Assembly (NCBI GenBank): GCA_951406725.2 | Contig: OX597815.1 | Coordinates: 196,416,001 to 196,480,000 of the forward strand | Direction: 5' to 3' | From: Octopus vulgaris | Lineage: Eukaryota | DNA length: 64,000 nt | In this document: positions 12,820 to 27,446 of the stretch, piece by piece | Layout: every line of letters begins with the position of its first letter | Numbering within the stretch: position 1 is the first letter of the stretch | The notes under the pieces: generated by a model | The model's database searches: none | The model's input: only the letters and a program-made list of their open reading frames with translations | What the model was told of the DNA's origin: nothing | Translations under genes and position numbers: made by a program

Positions 12820-12934
12820 TAGGTATATATATATACATATATATACATACAAATTTGAACCAGTCTGTTGAAGAAATATTGGCTGTTTTTGTTGTTTTGT
12901 TCTTGTTAAAATATTGATTTTTCATTGATTTTGA

Positions 12935-12976
<42 letters not shown>

Positions 12977-13125
12977 CATTATTATTAATATTGTTATTAT
13001 TGTTATTATTATTATTAATATTATTATTATCATTATTATTATTATCATGATTTTATTAGTGGCTTGATTATTATCGTTAATATTAATAAATAATTAATAA
13101 TGATAATCATTATTATTAATTATGT
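12935..13125. repeat. (ATT)n microsatellite
   Basis: Direct reading. Confidence 0.9.
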
Positions 13126-14102
13126 ATTTGATTTCATAATCACGGGTTGAATGTAAACGAGAAATCAAAATGTAAAAATAGCATAAACATTGTGTTGATA
13201 AAATATGTTTCCACTATTAGATGAAATTGAAAGTTCATTTCTTGTTTCATAAATAGAATTTTAGAAAAAAAATATCCATGTTTTAATCTGAAAATGAATG
13301 TCTTTCAACAGATATATTTTACATAATTACATAAGTATGAAAATGCAAATTTTATCTAACATTCTTCCATTTGTTCGTTTACTAGCAGCAATCTTCCAAA
13401 TAATGTTTTTAATTTTTCTCCTGTTTTTTTTTTTTTCTTTAAGTTTATATATATTTTTTCTTCATGAAATTATATTTTCGCAGTCAGCGATTCAATGGAA
13501 TACCTACATATTTTTAATATATTTAAAAAAAGAAAACATATTTTTTACTGCGTAAAATTATCATCAGTTGAAATAAGGCATTTGTTTTAATCGAATGAGG
13601 AACAGATATAGAAAAAAATATATAATGATACAAAATAGTCGTAAAACAACAATTTATTGTATATGCCAAGTATTATTCGAAACTGTTCGTTGGTGGTGTC
13701 AAGATCTTGCTAATGGATTTATGCAGACAACAATCCGAGTATTATATACCATTAACAAATAATCTAAAGTGAAAAGCTAGTAGATATGATCAATAGAGGA
13801 GAGTGTTAACATATATTGCATAACTCTGCATCGTTTCGAGCCTCTCTGTTACATCAGATTTCTGATATAAAATCGTGCGCGGTCGACTTCATTTTCATCC
13901 CTCCAAAGAAAACATCAAAACAGATAAATAAATATCAGTGACATGAACATCGGATCAATCTACCTTATCCCTCATTAGCCCTCAGTTCTTAACGTTAACT
14001 TATTTGCATATGACAAGTAATGAATGTGTATGTACAACCATTGAGTAATAAGTCGAATATAAAGGAATCAAAGTATCACTATTGACCCCATATATACTTA
14101 TA

Positions 14103-14142
<40 letters not shown>

Positions 14143-14179
14143 AAAAGGAGATGTGGAACACGAGTTGTGATATATAAAA

Positions 14180-14284
14180 AAGGAAATGAAGAAAATGGTG
14201 ACAAAATAATTTAAGTAATTTAAGTAATCACCTAATTAAATTACTTAAATTACTTAAATTATTTTGTCAGCATTTTCGTCATTT

Positions 14285-14288
<4 letters not shown>
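14180..14288. repeat. Fold-back inverted repeat, 49-bp arms, between (TA)n tracts
   Basis: 14180-14228 vs 14240-14288, reverse complementary with 2 mismatches. Confidence 0.9.
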
Positions 14289-14351
<63 letters not shown>

Positions 14352-15076
14352 TGTGTGTGTGTCTGTCTGTGTGTGCATGTATGCATGCATATATATGTAT
14401 AATTAAATAAACGTATTCCCTTATGCGTGTACATATTGGTATATAATGTGTGAATAAAGAGCAATATACATGCATGAATAATTTCGTTATATTTGTGAGG
14501 GTGTATATGAATGTTTATGCGCTTTAATTGCGCGGGCTTGGTTTTATTAATATCGCAGCTGTGGACATTACAAATAGTGAACAATATAAGTTACGGTGGA
14601 AATAGCGAGACAATGTGTTGAGTTATTCAGTGTCAATATATATATATATTGTCTTCAATACATTGTAGAAATAGTGTTTGACTACATAGTGATACCAGAC
14701 AACCCTCGCATCGACATTCTCGTACTTACAAATATGCCTTGGTTAATATTAACATAGATGTGAAGCCTTATTCATTTGCATGCATGTATTTACGTCAGTA
14801 CCGAGATGGCTGTCTCGGTACATCACACATACTACACACGTAAATTTATGAACATGCATATAAATGTATGTATTTACATATACGTGTGTGTATACATATA
14901 CATACATGTGAATATATATATACATACATGCATATGTAATATATATATGTATATATGAATATGTATGTATATGCATATATATATATATGGAAATATATAT
15001 GCGGATTTAAGTATGTGCTGGTATAGGCATGCATATATAAATATATATATATGTTGATATTTATAAGTATAAATAA

Positions 15077-15113
<37 letters not shown>

Positions 15114-15757
15114 CCTATAAAACAGTTCAACTTATAAATATATTCGTAGATGTGTGTCTTTGAGAATATTAATCTGCAAGTTTATAGATAACTGTGAATG
15201 CAATATATGCAAATTTCAGATACGTATTCATGTAAATTTGTACACATGTTTGGTTTCTCTACATCCAAATAAATTATTCCTTTGAGGATTTGATTTAGAA
15301 CCAACGGAATGTTTCGCTTTTCGTTTTCAAAACTTTAACATGTAATTCGACAATTCATAATGAATTCCAAAATATTAACTCTATTTTTCGGTTCCTGTAA
15401 TTCGTTTGCAATGGTTTGCAAATTTGACGTGGATTAACAATTATAACTATGTGATAAAGAGCTCACATTCTACTTAATACAGAATAAATATAATGTGATA
15501 CATATACCTCGTATTCTACTTAGTACGAAATAAACAAATACTTATATTGCGTTTGGTGGTTTATCTTCCTCATTTACATATACATGTGTATATGTATACA
15601 TGTAGTGGTAATACTAAGTACTTCTAAATTATATACAATAAGGCTTCCAAACATGTAGCAACATGTGTATGTATTTATGTTTTAAAGCGTACATGTGATA
15701 TTCCCTACACACAAACACATACGCAGGTGTAACTGTCTGTCTATCTATCTATCTGTT

Positions 15758-15788
<31 letters not shown>

Positions 15789-16157
15789 GGATATACACAC
15801 ATAATTTTGGATATATTATACATACATAATTTTGGATATATAGGCACTTTTATATATCTGACATATATATATATATATATATATATAATGTATATATATA
15901 TATCTATATATACATATGGATTAGTGTGGATGTACACTCACAAATACACGCGTATGTATACATATGTACTGATATAAGCATGCATATATATTATAAATTT
16001 GACTATTAAGATAAATAATTATATATTTTACCCTAGTCAGCGTTAAATATACACACATGAAAAATATTTTGAAATCAAACAGTAACATGCAGCGCAAGTA
16101 AGTTCTTCAGTTCTGATTTCTAGCCTACTTCAGCCATAAAAACAGACAAGTCTAAAA

Positions 16158-16225
<68 letters not shown>

Positions 16226-16683
16226 TGAGAGACAGACAGACAGTGCGGGAGATAGATGTAGTTTAAATTGCCTAATCATCAGGAATTCCGTATCATTCAT
16301 AGAGTTTATAGAAACAGGTGCATATAGAGAAATGGATTGAACATTCTTCATTTAAAATCTCTACAGCTGTTTCCACAAATCATTACACTCGTAATATATT
16401 GATACCATAATATGGTTATCATATCGTGTAATCAGCATCATCCATCTCAAATGTGCAAGTTGCGTTTATCTATGTGATTGAATATCCACAGCTGTGTGCT
16501 ATTTTCAGTAATTTGCAGACGAAAGTTTAAAATAATGAGCAAAAGAAATGAATCTTACATCTTTGACCGATGGCTGTGATTACGATGTATGGCAACAATT
16601 ACAGTGTTTTTTAAGTAAAATATGTCATCCAATCCATTTTCCCTCTATCTCTCTCTCTCTCTCTCTCTCTCTTTTATTACCTC

Positions 16684-16730
<47 letters not shown>

Positions 16731-16747
16731 GCATGTATATATACATA

Positions 16748-17035
16748 CGATCACATGATTGATCAGACAATCGAACAATGTTATATGTACATCGCAAGTC
16801 ACAATGCACCTTACATCATTTTAGCGTTCGAAAATGACTACCCGCTGTCTGAGCGAGTAGGCCAACACCCACTACACACCTTATCGAAACACTGCTCTGT
16901 CATAAGGTTGCCCATTTACTGTTGGGCAGACGGGTGTAACAAGAAACGAAGTGTTATGCTCAAGAACACAACGTATCATCAGGTGAAGAGATCGAACTAA
17001 CAATCTTGTGATCGTGCGTGCAACATCTTAACCGT
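16748..17035 (-). mobile_element. Diverged tRNA-SINE (Z-like head, tail shared with the 18106 copy)
   Basis: Tail matches the reverse complement of 18290-18410. Confidence 0.65.
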
Positions 17036-17335
17036 TACTGGTTTTGTTGAGTCTTCAAAGACTCTATTTGGCATCGTTGCTAGATAATCTAAATAATTTA
17101 ACCTGAACAAATTCCTGAGCCTTCTGCTCTAAAATTGTACATTCACCCAGTCGCTTTTCTTCACATCACTAGAAATGCTGGCCAATACCTACAGAAATGG
17201 AAGCGATCATCTAGCACGTTATGAATTACTTACGTTTCTTCTAAATTCTACATACGAATTACATCATAGATCGCTCAAACACGTAGGTGCATGTGTGTTT
17301 GTGTGTGTGTTTGTATGTATGTGAGAGCGTTCTTC

Positions 17336-17400
<65 letters not shown>

Positions 17401-17430
17401 ACTCTCTCCCTCTCCGTCTCTCTCTATACG

Positions 17431-17462
<32 letters not shown>

Positions 17463-18105
17463 AATAAATATTGTATATATGTATGTGTGTATATGTATAA
17501 GTATAGCGTATAGTTTTCTTGTATACAGGCATATGTATATGTTTAGATGCACACGCAGACAAGCATACACACACATTTATATATGTGTGGTTATATATAT
17601 ATATATACATATATATACACACAAACATATATGTTTTGTTCCTAACTAAGCTTCACCTTTGTGGATATTTGGACCACTGCACTGAATGTAAGAAGTATAA
17701 CTGGATGCTTATACACAAGGGATCACGGGCAAGCACTTCATTTGTTACTGTGAATCTGATAAAATATATTTTGTTTCAAAGGGAGAGCATCGCGAGGAGC
17801 AATTATATTTTTGTGTAATGTTGAATGATTAGTTACTTTTCATGTAAGTTTTCTTTTGTGCGGTTGAGCCACGCTGGCCGACGTTCAAGCACCACCACCG
17901 AAATCCTGCTATTTCTTGAACCAAATATGAAACAGAATTGAGAAAATATCTTTTAGGAACATGTGGTATGATAAGTAAACAATACATTAATTATATTAAG
18001 TGCAATACTTTAAGACCAGTTATTTATATGTAAGTATGTGTCACTCGTCACTCACAGCGTTATTAACATAAGTATTATAAATACTCATATATATATATGT
18101 ACATG

Positions 18106-18410
18106 TGGAGGCGCAATGGCCCAGTGGTTAATGCAGCGGACTCGCGGTCGTAGCATCACGGTTTCGATTCCCAGGCCGGGTGTTGTGAGTGTTTATTGAG
18201 CGAAAACACCTAAAGAGCTCCACGAGGTTCCGGCAGGGGGTGGTGATCCCTGCTGTACTCTTTCACCGCTCTTTCTCCCACTCTTTCTTCTGTTGGCCTG
18301 CTCGCTTAGCCAGCGGGGTGGCGTCATTCGAAGGCTAAAACAATGCGAACGCATTGTGACCAGCGACGTGTAACAACATCTGATGGTCTGGTCGGTCTCG
18401 TGATCGTGAT
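18106..18410 (+). mobile_element. tRNA-derived SINE, family Y head with alternative tail
   Basis: ggaggcgcaatggcccagtggtta...ggtttcgattccc A/B-box-like head, near-identical to 62889. Confidence 0.85.
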
Positions 18411-18698
18411 ATGTACATATATATACATATATGTACATATATATATACATATATATAATAGAACATTTCTAATTCTAAATATCTCAACGAGAGACATACA
18501 ATAATACGACACTGGAGTAAAAATCTATTTGCCAACGTAACGTTATATCTATATTGATATATATATACACAGAGATAAACCGATAGATAAGTATACGTAT
18601 AGTCAATATTCATACATGTGTGCGATTGTGTGTATGTATATATTCATATATATGTATGTGTGTATATACATCATTGAAATATATATGCATTTATATAT

Positions 18699-19106
18699 GA
18701 GTGACTGTGTGGTAAGTAGCTTGTTTGCCAACCACATGGTTCCGGGTTCAGTCCCACTGTGTGGCACCTTGGGCAAGTGCCTTCTACTATAGCCTCGGGC
18801 CGACCAAAGCCTTGTGAGTGGATTTGGTAGACGGAAACTGAAAGAAGCCCGTCGTATATATGTATATATATATATATATATATGCGTGTGTGTGTTTGTG
18901 TGTCTGTGTTTGTCCCCCTAGCATTGCTTGACAACCGATGCTGGTGTGTTTACGTCCCCGTTACTTAGCGGTTATGCAAAAGAGACCGATAGAATAAGTA
19001 CTGAGCTTAGAAAAGAATAAGTCCCGGGGTTGAGTTGCTCGATTAAAGGCGGTGTTGCAGCATGGCCGCAGTCAAATGACTGAAACAAGTAAAAGAGTAA
19101 AAGAGT
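18699..19106 (+). mobile_element. SINE family X
   Basis: Near full-length match to 2197-2610 and 39495-39890. Confidence 0.9.
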
Positions 19107-19183
19107 ATGTAATGCGTAAAACAATTAGTTTTAAATTCCAGGGCGAGATATACACATATATACACGCAGGCACGCACACACAC

Positions 19184-19244
<61 letters not shown>

Positions 19245-20592
19245 TACACAAATACATAGATACATATGTATATATGTATTAAGAAATTATACATTTGTAT
19301 GTATATGTATGAATGCATGTATACATGTATTATGTATAGTCTTACATGTGTGTATGTTGATGTGAGTGTATGCGTGTGTGAGTTTGTTTGTGTGTATATC
19401 TGTGTGTATTTCTTTGAGCGTGTTTCTTTGTGTGCATCTATATGTGAATGTTTGGGAAATATTTCTGGCTCAAAATTTATGTATAAATATTCACTTGTTC
19501 CTATTAAGTTGTTACTACTTCTATTCCCTGCTAATTCTTGTGTTACGTTGAATTGCTTGCAGAAATATATTATATGACAAATATTGTTATACTATGAAAA
19601 TTTGAAGATGAATGAATATGCTATTTTATATGAAGTTTGTGTATATTTTACTGAACAATCTAATTTTATTTTATTTTTACCGCATTTTAATGTTGTAGAG
19701 GAAACCAAACATGATTAATTATGATTTCTAATCTATTCAATTTTTATGACATAATTGTCAGTCACATAATATGAAATGGTAAATTTTGAAAGCCAACGAT
19801 CAACCACACGAGAAGTTTCGGATAACAATGATAATAATAGTAATTTTATTACGAATGATAATGACAGTAAATATGATAAAGATAATAATGACCATTGATA
19901 ATATCGAAAGATCATAAACAAACAAAATTGAAAAAAAAATGATATAGAGTCCTGCGCTCTGTATAGATTTCAAATAACACCGGTTGTAACGGTGCCTTTC
20001 ATTGCTCTGGGTCCACAAATTATATGCAATTTATGAACCAGTTAAACCAATAATTATCTCCTTTGTAAGTTCCTATCCCTGGACCAAACTGTTGGAGCAG
20101 TCTCATCTCTCTCAGTCTCTCATTTTGTCATGACCCTTTTTTCCCGTTAAACATCATCATCTACATCATAATTTTCTAATAATTTATTTTGATATTATTA
20201 TTATTATTATTATTATTATCATTATTATTATTATGATCATCATCATCATCATCATCCTTGTTGTTGTTGTTGTTAATAATTATAACAACAATAATACCAC
20301 TGTTAATAAGGCCTGTTGAAATGGTAAACGAAGTACATCAATTATATCCTTGATATTCTGTGCGCAAATAACGCCGAGCTCAAATCTTTCATCCTTCCGA
20401 GTTCAGTAAAATATGGCACATTTTATGAGCTAGCGACTCCCTTCCGAAAAGTTTTGGCATTACGCTAAACCTAACATTAATACTTTTCCTGCAACAATGA
20501 AATCACCTTCACATACTTGTCCATTTCATCAATCATTATTTGCCCTAAAACTCTGTCATTAGTGTTATTACTATCATTATTATCGTTATTAC

Positions 20593-20644
<52 letters not shown>

Positions 20645-21429
20645 TCATGTTTTGTGTATAACTCTAAGTAAAATGGATTTATGATATTATCCTTACTTTT
20701 TTTTCAGTATTTCCTTAATAACAAATTCCGCAGAAAATAGGATCTTTTGTGAAATGCTAGTGATATGTATAATATTTTAGAAAGCCGTTTCTCAACGTTC
20801 TTGTTTGTATAATGAGTTGGTACTGTTAAATGAGTCCGTAATTAGAAGAGTGTCTCTTTTACTTGCTTTTTTGTGTCAATGTCCTATTTGATATTTCTGT
20901 TGTCATGCGTTATACTTGGAAACATTTTATATCGGGGCATCTCCCTTGACCATGGAAATCTTTCGAGTAATTGGCGTGATTAAATGATCATATGTGTAAC
21001 ATTTATTTTATAATGCAATTGTTATACATAACCCTCTCGTCTCATCGGGAACTATGAGGATTAGACTTATATCATTTATACCCCATTAGGTTAATTACGT
21101 CTTGTTGAGATACGTTCACGGATTGCTGTATGTAATACACTCAACTCTTCTTATATGTTTCGATGCTCACAATAAACATCTGCGTGTTGTTAATATCCAA
21201 ACTGACAAAACATTTCCCATTAGATTTTTATATTTTAATTCACGTTCACACTATTAGAAAATTCTATTGAACATTATCTGTCAAGCATCCACCGACCAGA
21301 CTTTGCAAATTATATTATTATTATTATTATCATTATTATTATTATTATTATTATTGTAATTGTTATTCTTGTTCTTGTTGTTGTTAATAATGATAATCAC
21401 AATAATAATAATTTTCCAATTTAGGTGAG

Positions 21430-21795
21430 AAACTAACAGTTTTAAGCGGAGCAGTATTTTATCTGTTCATTATTTTATCGACTCCAATGGATTAAATGAC
21501 ATCGTTGACTCCGGCAGCATTTGAACTCAGTATGTTATGTACTAGGACAAATAATTCAAGGTTTGATTTCCGTCGACCTAACGATTCTTATGTCTCATGT
21601 CAGTAATGATAATACTAATATGGGCAAAAGGTGGCTAGTCTCTTACATCCAACCAATTGCTCAAATGTCACTTATTCATCGACTCTAAAAACTAAATTGA
21701 TCTCGGTGAAATGTAAACAGCGATTGTAAAGACAAACGAAATGATGGAAAGAAGTTTTGTCCAGTGTGCTAACGCTCCTACAAGCTTTCCGACCT
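21430..21795 (-). mobile_element. Two highly diverged SINE W remnants
   Basis: Weak matches to ttatcgac...atttgaactcag core. Confidence 0.45.
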
Positions 21796-22407
21796 AATTT
21801 AAGTGATAATAAAATAACTATTTCTTTTGAAACGTATTATATACTACGAAGATTGAGTATAAGACCAGGATAAAATAACACTCGCTGTAAAGATTTTTGT
21901 ATATTGTGTTTAATACAGAAATTTGTGTCATTGTGGATAGTAAAAATTTATTAGCCGATCCTCCGCAGCTAGTATCCCCAAAACTACCTCAGCTCACATT
22001 TCTACATAAATAATATCCGGCGTACGTTACCGATTGCGATAACTCGAATTGTATTCAACTGTAAGTGTTTAATGTTATACAAGCCTACACAGAGAATATT
22101 TGATAGTTTTGCATTTATGACACTGTAAATCATGACAAACTACACAGTGGATAAAACAACCGGCACACATTCACCAAAATATTGCTTTAGCTATGCGTTA
22201 GATGAAACAGTTATATACCATCAAAAGCAGACCAGTCAAAACCAAAATAACGCAGAAAGGATTTGCTTAGACACGCTTGTCTACTTGCAAAACACGAATT
22301 GCAACAAACAAATCAAAAATACATAGGTGCACTTAGAGATGTTGTAGAAAATGTCGAATAACAAATAACGATGATAATGATATTGTTTATTAATAATAGT
22401 AGTATAA

Positions 22408-22449
<42 letters not shown>

Positions 22450-22521
22450 CTGCCCTAGGTATATGGAAAACACTCGGGGAGAAACGGAAGAAAGAAGGAA
22501 AAACATAATAATAATAATAAC

Positions 22522-22575
<54 letters not shown>

Positions 22576-22576
<1 letters not shown>

Positions 22577-22949
22577 GAAATTGGCAAAATTTAGAACCTG
22601 AAAACTAAAACAATACCTGTTGGCATACGTGCCCAAGGAATGCTAGCAAATGAGGCTATTGCTACCTAACTCAGATACCAGGAAATCCCCAAAAGGGCAG
22701 AAATTAAAAAGATAGTGCTCATGAGAACTACCCATATCCTACATAAAATACTGACTATGTTACCTCAAATTATAAAACAAACTCATTTTCTTATATTTCG
22801 TTAAACATTATTATGAATAATACTATGTACAAAACAAAATGTATGTCACCATAGGCATAACACCAGCATGAACTTCTAACTTATTGTTGCTTGAGGTCTC
22901 TGGGTGAGACTGGACGCCAACTTGTACAAATGCAAAGAAAAAGTCAAAC

Positions 22950-22950
<1 letters not shown>
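22576..22950 (+). mobile_element. 5'-truncated R4/Dong-like RLE LINE 3' end inside (AAT)n
   Basis: Homologous to reverse complement of 52158-52530; (aat)n on both sides. Confidence 0.75.
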
Positions 22951-23002
<52 letters not shown>

Positions 23003-23024
23003 CTACTAAAGTCACAAGGCCTGA

Positions 23025-23160
23025 AATTTATGAGAGAGCACCATCAGATTACATCGACCAAGCTATTTAACTGGTATTTAATTTATCGACCCTCACAAAG
23101 TTGAAAGGCGAAATCGTATCGGTGAAATTTGAACTCAGAATGTAAAGACGAGTCGAATGT
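23025..23160 (-). mobile_element. Diverged SINE W fragment
   Basis: tttatcgaccc...gaaaggcgaaatcg...atttgaactcagaatgtaaagacg. Confidence 0.6.
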
Positions 23161-23402
23161 CATAAAAGAGGCGTTAGAAGGCCAACACAAGAATTAATCC
23201 TATAGTAATTGGTGGACTAGTTAAAACGTTGAAAGGACCGAAAGAAATTGGAACTAAAACTCGCATTGTCGACATGCAAAGAAATGACATCCAATACACT
23301 ACAAGAACACTTAGATAGATTCTTGAGATTTACTACTACTACTACTACTACTACTACTAATAATAATAATAATAATATTAATAATAATAATAATAATAAT
23401 AA

Positions 23403-23433
<31 letters not shown>

Positions 23434-23439
23434 AAGAAG

Positions 23440-23731
23440 AGGTCTGGAAATAGAGGTAACTGGGATATGGATCCTAAAAATAGAAACAATTGCAATTACA
23501 GTGTTTGCATTAGGTATGATATAAAAAAAATCAAACAGTAAAATACATAACAAAAAACACTAGGACATATAAGTATATATAACATGCAGAAAATAGTACT
23601 ATTAGATACAGCACGCATCCTACATAAAACACTTTCAATACAGTGAAAGTAAGAGAACCCCAAGAAACCACATGGTAAAGAGAGCCGCGCTCATAGTGCA
23701 GACAGAGAACATTATAAAAATAAGACTACTG

Positions 23732-23733
<2 letters not shown>
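23440..23733 (+). mobile_element. Second R4/Dong-like RLE LINE 3' fragment ending in (AAT)n
   Basis: Remnant peptide MQKIVLLDTARILHKTLSIQ*, then a short UTR and (aat)n. Confidence 0.6.
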
Positions 23734-23787
<54 letters not shown>

Positions 23788-23981
23788 CAACAACCACGTG
23801 ACCTTGAGTCAACTTGTTTAAATGCAAATCAAAAGCGTAAGATGATATGATGTATTGTCCATCTCCACATATACTGCAGTTACTTGTTATGTTTCTTTTC
23901 ATTATATGTTTTTGTTAATTTCTGATGGTAATAACACTTTCTATTATTATCATTGTTATTATTATTATTATTATTATTATC

Positions 23982-24606
23982 ATTGCCTTTGCACAGCTTC
24001 TAACACTGGAGGTGTACTACGGTGCCAGCTGTTTACTACCAGTGAACTAAGGTAACACCTTTTATTTTTCGAGCACCTCCCGGAGTATTCGAGCGGTTCC
24101 AAGCTGTACTGTTTTCTGCAAGTGGTCCACCCGTATTGCAGATCCTATTTATTCCACGTGCTTCTCGAGATTTTTGCTCATTGTTCCCAGGGCTCCAACA
24201 ATTATTGGAACTACTGCTACCTTTTCCGTCGACCACAACTGCTTAACTTCCCAAGCTAACCTGTCATATCTCTCGACTTTTCTTTCTTCGTTATTGCATA
24301 CCTAGTTGTCAGCTGGGCATGCTATATCTATGATCCAGCATACTTTGTTTTCTTTCTCAATTAAGACTATGTCTGGCTTCCTATTCTCCATCTCATGGTT
24401 GTACTGAATCATAAAATCCCATAGGATCTTTGTATTCTTATTTTCGATGATGCCTTCGGGTTAGTGGTCGTACCAATTTTTTGCACTGTCAAGTCAATAC
24501 TTGTTGCAAAGTGACCAATGTACAAGCCTAGCTATAATGTCGTGGCGTCTCTTATATTCCTTCAGGGCTAGTGGCGTACATTGGCTGGTAATATGCCATA
24601 CTGTTT
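23982..24606 (-). mobile_element. RLE-type non-LTR retrotransposon 3' fragment (R4/Dong-like)
   Basis: Minus strand ILWDFMIQ...RKPDIVLIEKENKVCWIIDIACP...KVERYD...VPIIVGALG...GTARILR; ends at a (TAA)n tract. Confidence 0.85.
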
Positions 24607-24637
24607 CAATTATTATTATTACTACTACTACTACTAT

Positions 24638-24730
<93 letters not shown>

Positions 24731-24734
<4 letters not shown>

Positions 24735-25105
24735 TTCCGTTTTAGCGAAAGCGGAGGTATTGTTTTCAGTTGTGTTTATTTATTTGTTTGACCGTGGACA
24801 AGATATTTCAAGAACTGCTGGATGGATTCTGATGCAACTTTCAGGGTTGTTTGGCCTTATATCTAGCAAGAACTGACTAAATTCTTGGATCGACCCGGTA
24901 CCGGACAAGGATTCTGGATGAATTGTCCTGCTTTTTTTTTTCACTTAATTTTTGAGAGCGGTCGGGTTCACTTTTTGTATTCTCGTTTGTGAGAGCAGTC
25001 GAGTTAATTTAAGCTATTCTCATTTTCAGAATTATCTCTGGCTAATCGTTGAGTGGACTTTGATGTTGCCATGGCGGAGGTTTGCGCTCTCTGACCGCTC
25101 TTGTT
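24731..25105 (+). mobile_element. Helentron-associated non-autonomous element (HINE/DINE-like)
   Basis: 5' acttccg...gcggaggt hairpin; 3' ggcggaggt subterminal repeat followed by a short terminal hairpin-like segment; inserted in T-rich microsatellite. Confidence 0.6.
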
Positions 25106-25125
25106 GTTGTTGATGTTATTATTAA

Positions 25126-25158
<33 letters not shown>

Positions 25159-25169
25159 CATTATTATCT

Positions 25170-25345
25170 AAGGCGGCGATCTGACAGAATCATTAGCACG
25201 TCGGGCGAAATGCTTAGTGGCATTTCGCCTGACGCTTACTTCTGGGTTCAAATTCGACCGAGGTCCACTTTGCTTTTCATCCTTTCCGGGGTCAATCGTC
25301 TTTCTCCATCCCAAAATTTCAGGCCTCAAGCTTGTAGTAGAAGGG
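25170..25345 (+). mobile_element. SINE family W
   Basis: aaggcggcga..ctgacagaatcattagcacg head and core. Confidence 0.8.
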
Positions 25346-25395
<50 letters not shown>

Positions 25396-25973
25396 CATCA
25401 TCATCATCATCCACATCATTATGATTATTGGGTTTAGATTAGAAAAATCATTAGCTGACCAGGCATAATGCCTTGTAGAGTAGAGGAGTGTCCTTATATA
25501 TTTTGAGTTCAAATCCCGCCGATATATAGTGGGCATTGTATTGTTCCATAGATCTTTAAAATAATCTGTAGAACAAATCAGGCGTTGTCTCCCATGAAGA
25601 TTCATAGCAATATGCATATGTAAGCATATATTATGTTTACGATCATATATGTGTCTAGTAAATATGCAACAGGACTAATGAAATTGCGCAGTCAACTCCT
25701 CGAAATCCAATATAAACATACCCAGTGGAGCGGTCATCTTCCATCGTGCGAGAAAGTAATAAGATTTACTGATTTTAATAACGTCTGTAAAATTCTTTAT
25801 GTCCGACTGGAATGATGGAAGATTACAATGACACCCTCCACCCTTCACTGAAGCTCGATAAACAGCCAAAAAGCACGTCTCGCAAAGATTGGTTTTCCAT
25901 ATCCTGGAAGAGAAGTATGGCCACACAAAATGCAGTTCCAAGTAATTTCGATTTTTGTAATACGCTAAGATCG

Positions 25974-25976
<3 letters not shown>

Positions 25977-26039
<63 letters not shown>

Positions 26040-26252
26040 CATATATATATATATATGCGTGTGTGTGTGTGTGTAAATATATATATATTTATATATGTAT
26101 ATATATATTTATATATGTATATATATCTATATATATATGTATGTATATATATATATATTTATATATGTATATATATCTATATATGTATATATGTATATAT
26201 ATTTATATATGTATATATATATATACATATATATGAATGTATGTATCTATAC

Positions 26253-26283
<31 letters not shown>

Positions 26284-26500
26284 CATATATATATATACCT
26301 ATACACATATATATGCGTATATATATGTATATATACATGCATATGCATATATATATGTATATACATATACATATTTATATATACACAATGTATATATACA
26401 TATATATGTGTGTATGTATGTATGTATGTTTATGTATGTGTTTGTGTGAGAGTGTCTGTTTTTGTGTGTTAGTGTATGTATAAATCTATATATGTATATA
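25977..26500. repeat. Complex (TA)n/(TG)n microsatellite
   Basis: Direct reading. Confidence 0.95.
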
Positions 26501-27382
26501 TATGGTGGCATCGTATGCGTATGTGTTTGTGTCTGAATGAGATGTATGCATTCCATTCTGCCATTTATTTGGTCGCAAAAAGTAGTTAAATGAAGTAGAA
26601 GTACAGATCTGTGATTCTAAGTTATCAATTCAATGTAAAAATATAAGTATGAAACGCACAATTATTTCAGCTGTTTTACAGAAAATAATTTTGACTCAAA
26701 ATTTTAATTTGGTAGTGCTTCTACTCTTTCTTATACTTTGTTAAAGGAAAAACTATTTTCTGTGAATGTGAATTTATGAATAACATCATGCTAAGTTACC
26801 TTCAGATTATTTGAAATTATGGGCAATTTAAAATCATATATATTAAAAAAGACAAAAACAAACCTGATCTGTGAGAATTTTATCTATTTTTCGTTGTGTA
26901 CTGTTAATTTTTTTAATGTTTAATTCCACTCAAATGAATTTTAATCACAGTGAAGAACTTTCACAATTGAAATATATGTAACATGTTCGTCTTTTTATTT
27001 ATATTTTGGAGTGTTTTTATATTGGTTTCAGCAACATGATCATTATAGCTCTTTCATATATTACACTTAATGCTTTATATTCATATTGAACGAATTTTCA
27101 TATACTTCTCCAAAAGCCCTCAATTTAAATAACATTGTGAACGGTAATAAATCATCCATCTAATATGAATAAAATTATATGCACACACATATTCACTCTC
27201 ATATAGACAAACACACTACTACACACACACTCTCTCTCTCTCACACGCATAATTCTATGTTTGTGTCTCGGTGCTTCCTCCAGTATATTTCTACATCATG
27301 TGTTTACACAGGAGACCTCTAATACAACTACAACTTTTACTACCACTGCTAATAATAATACTACAAAAGATAACAACAACAA

Positions 27383-27446
<64 letters not shown>

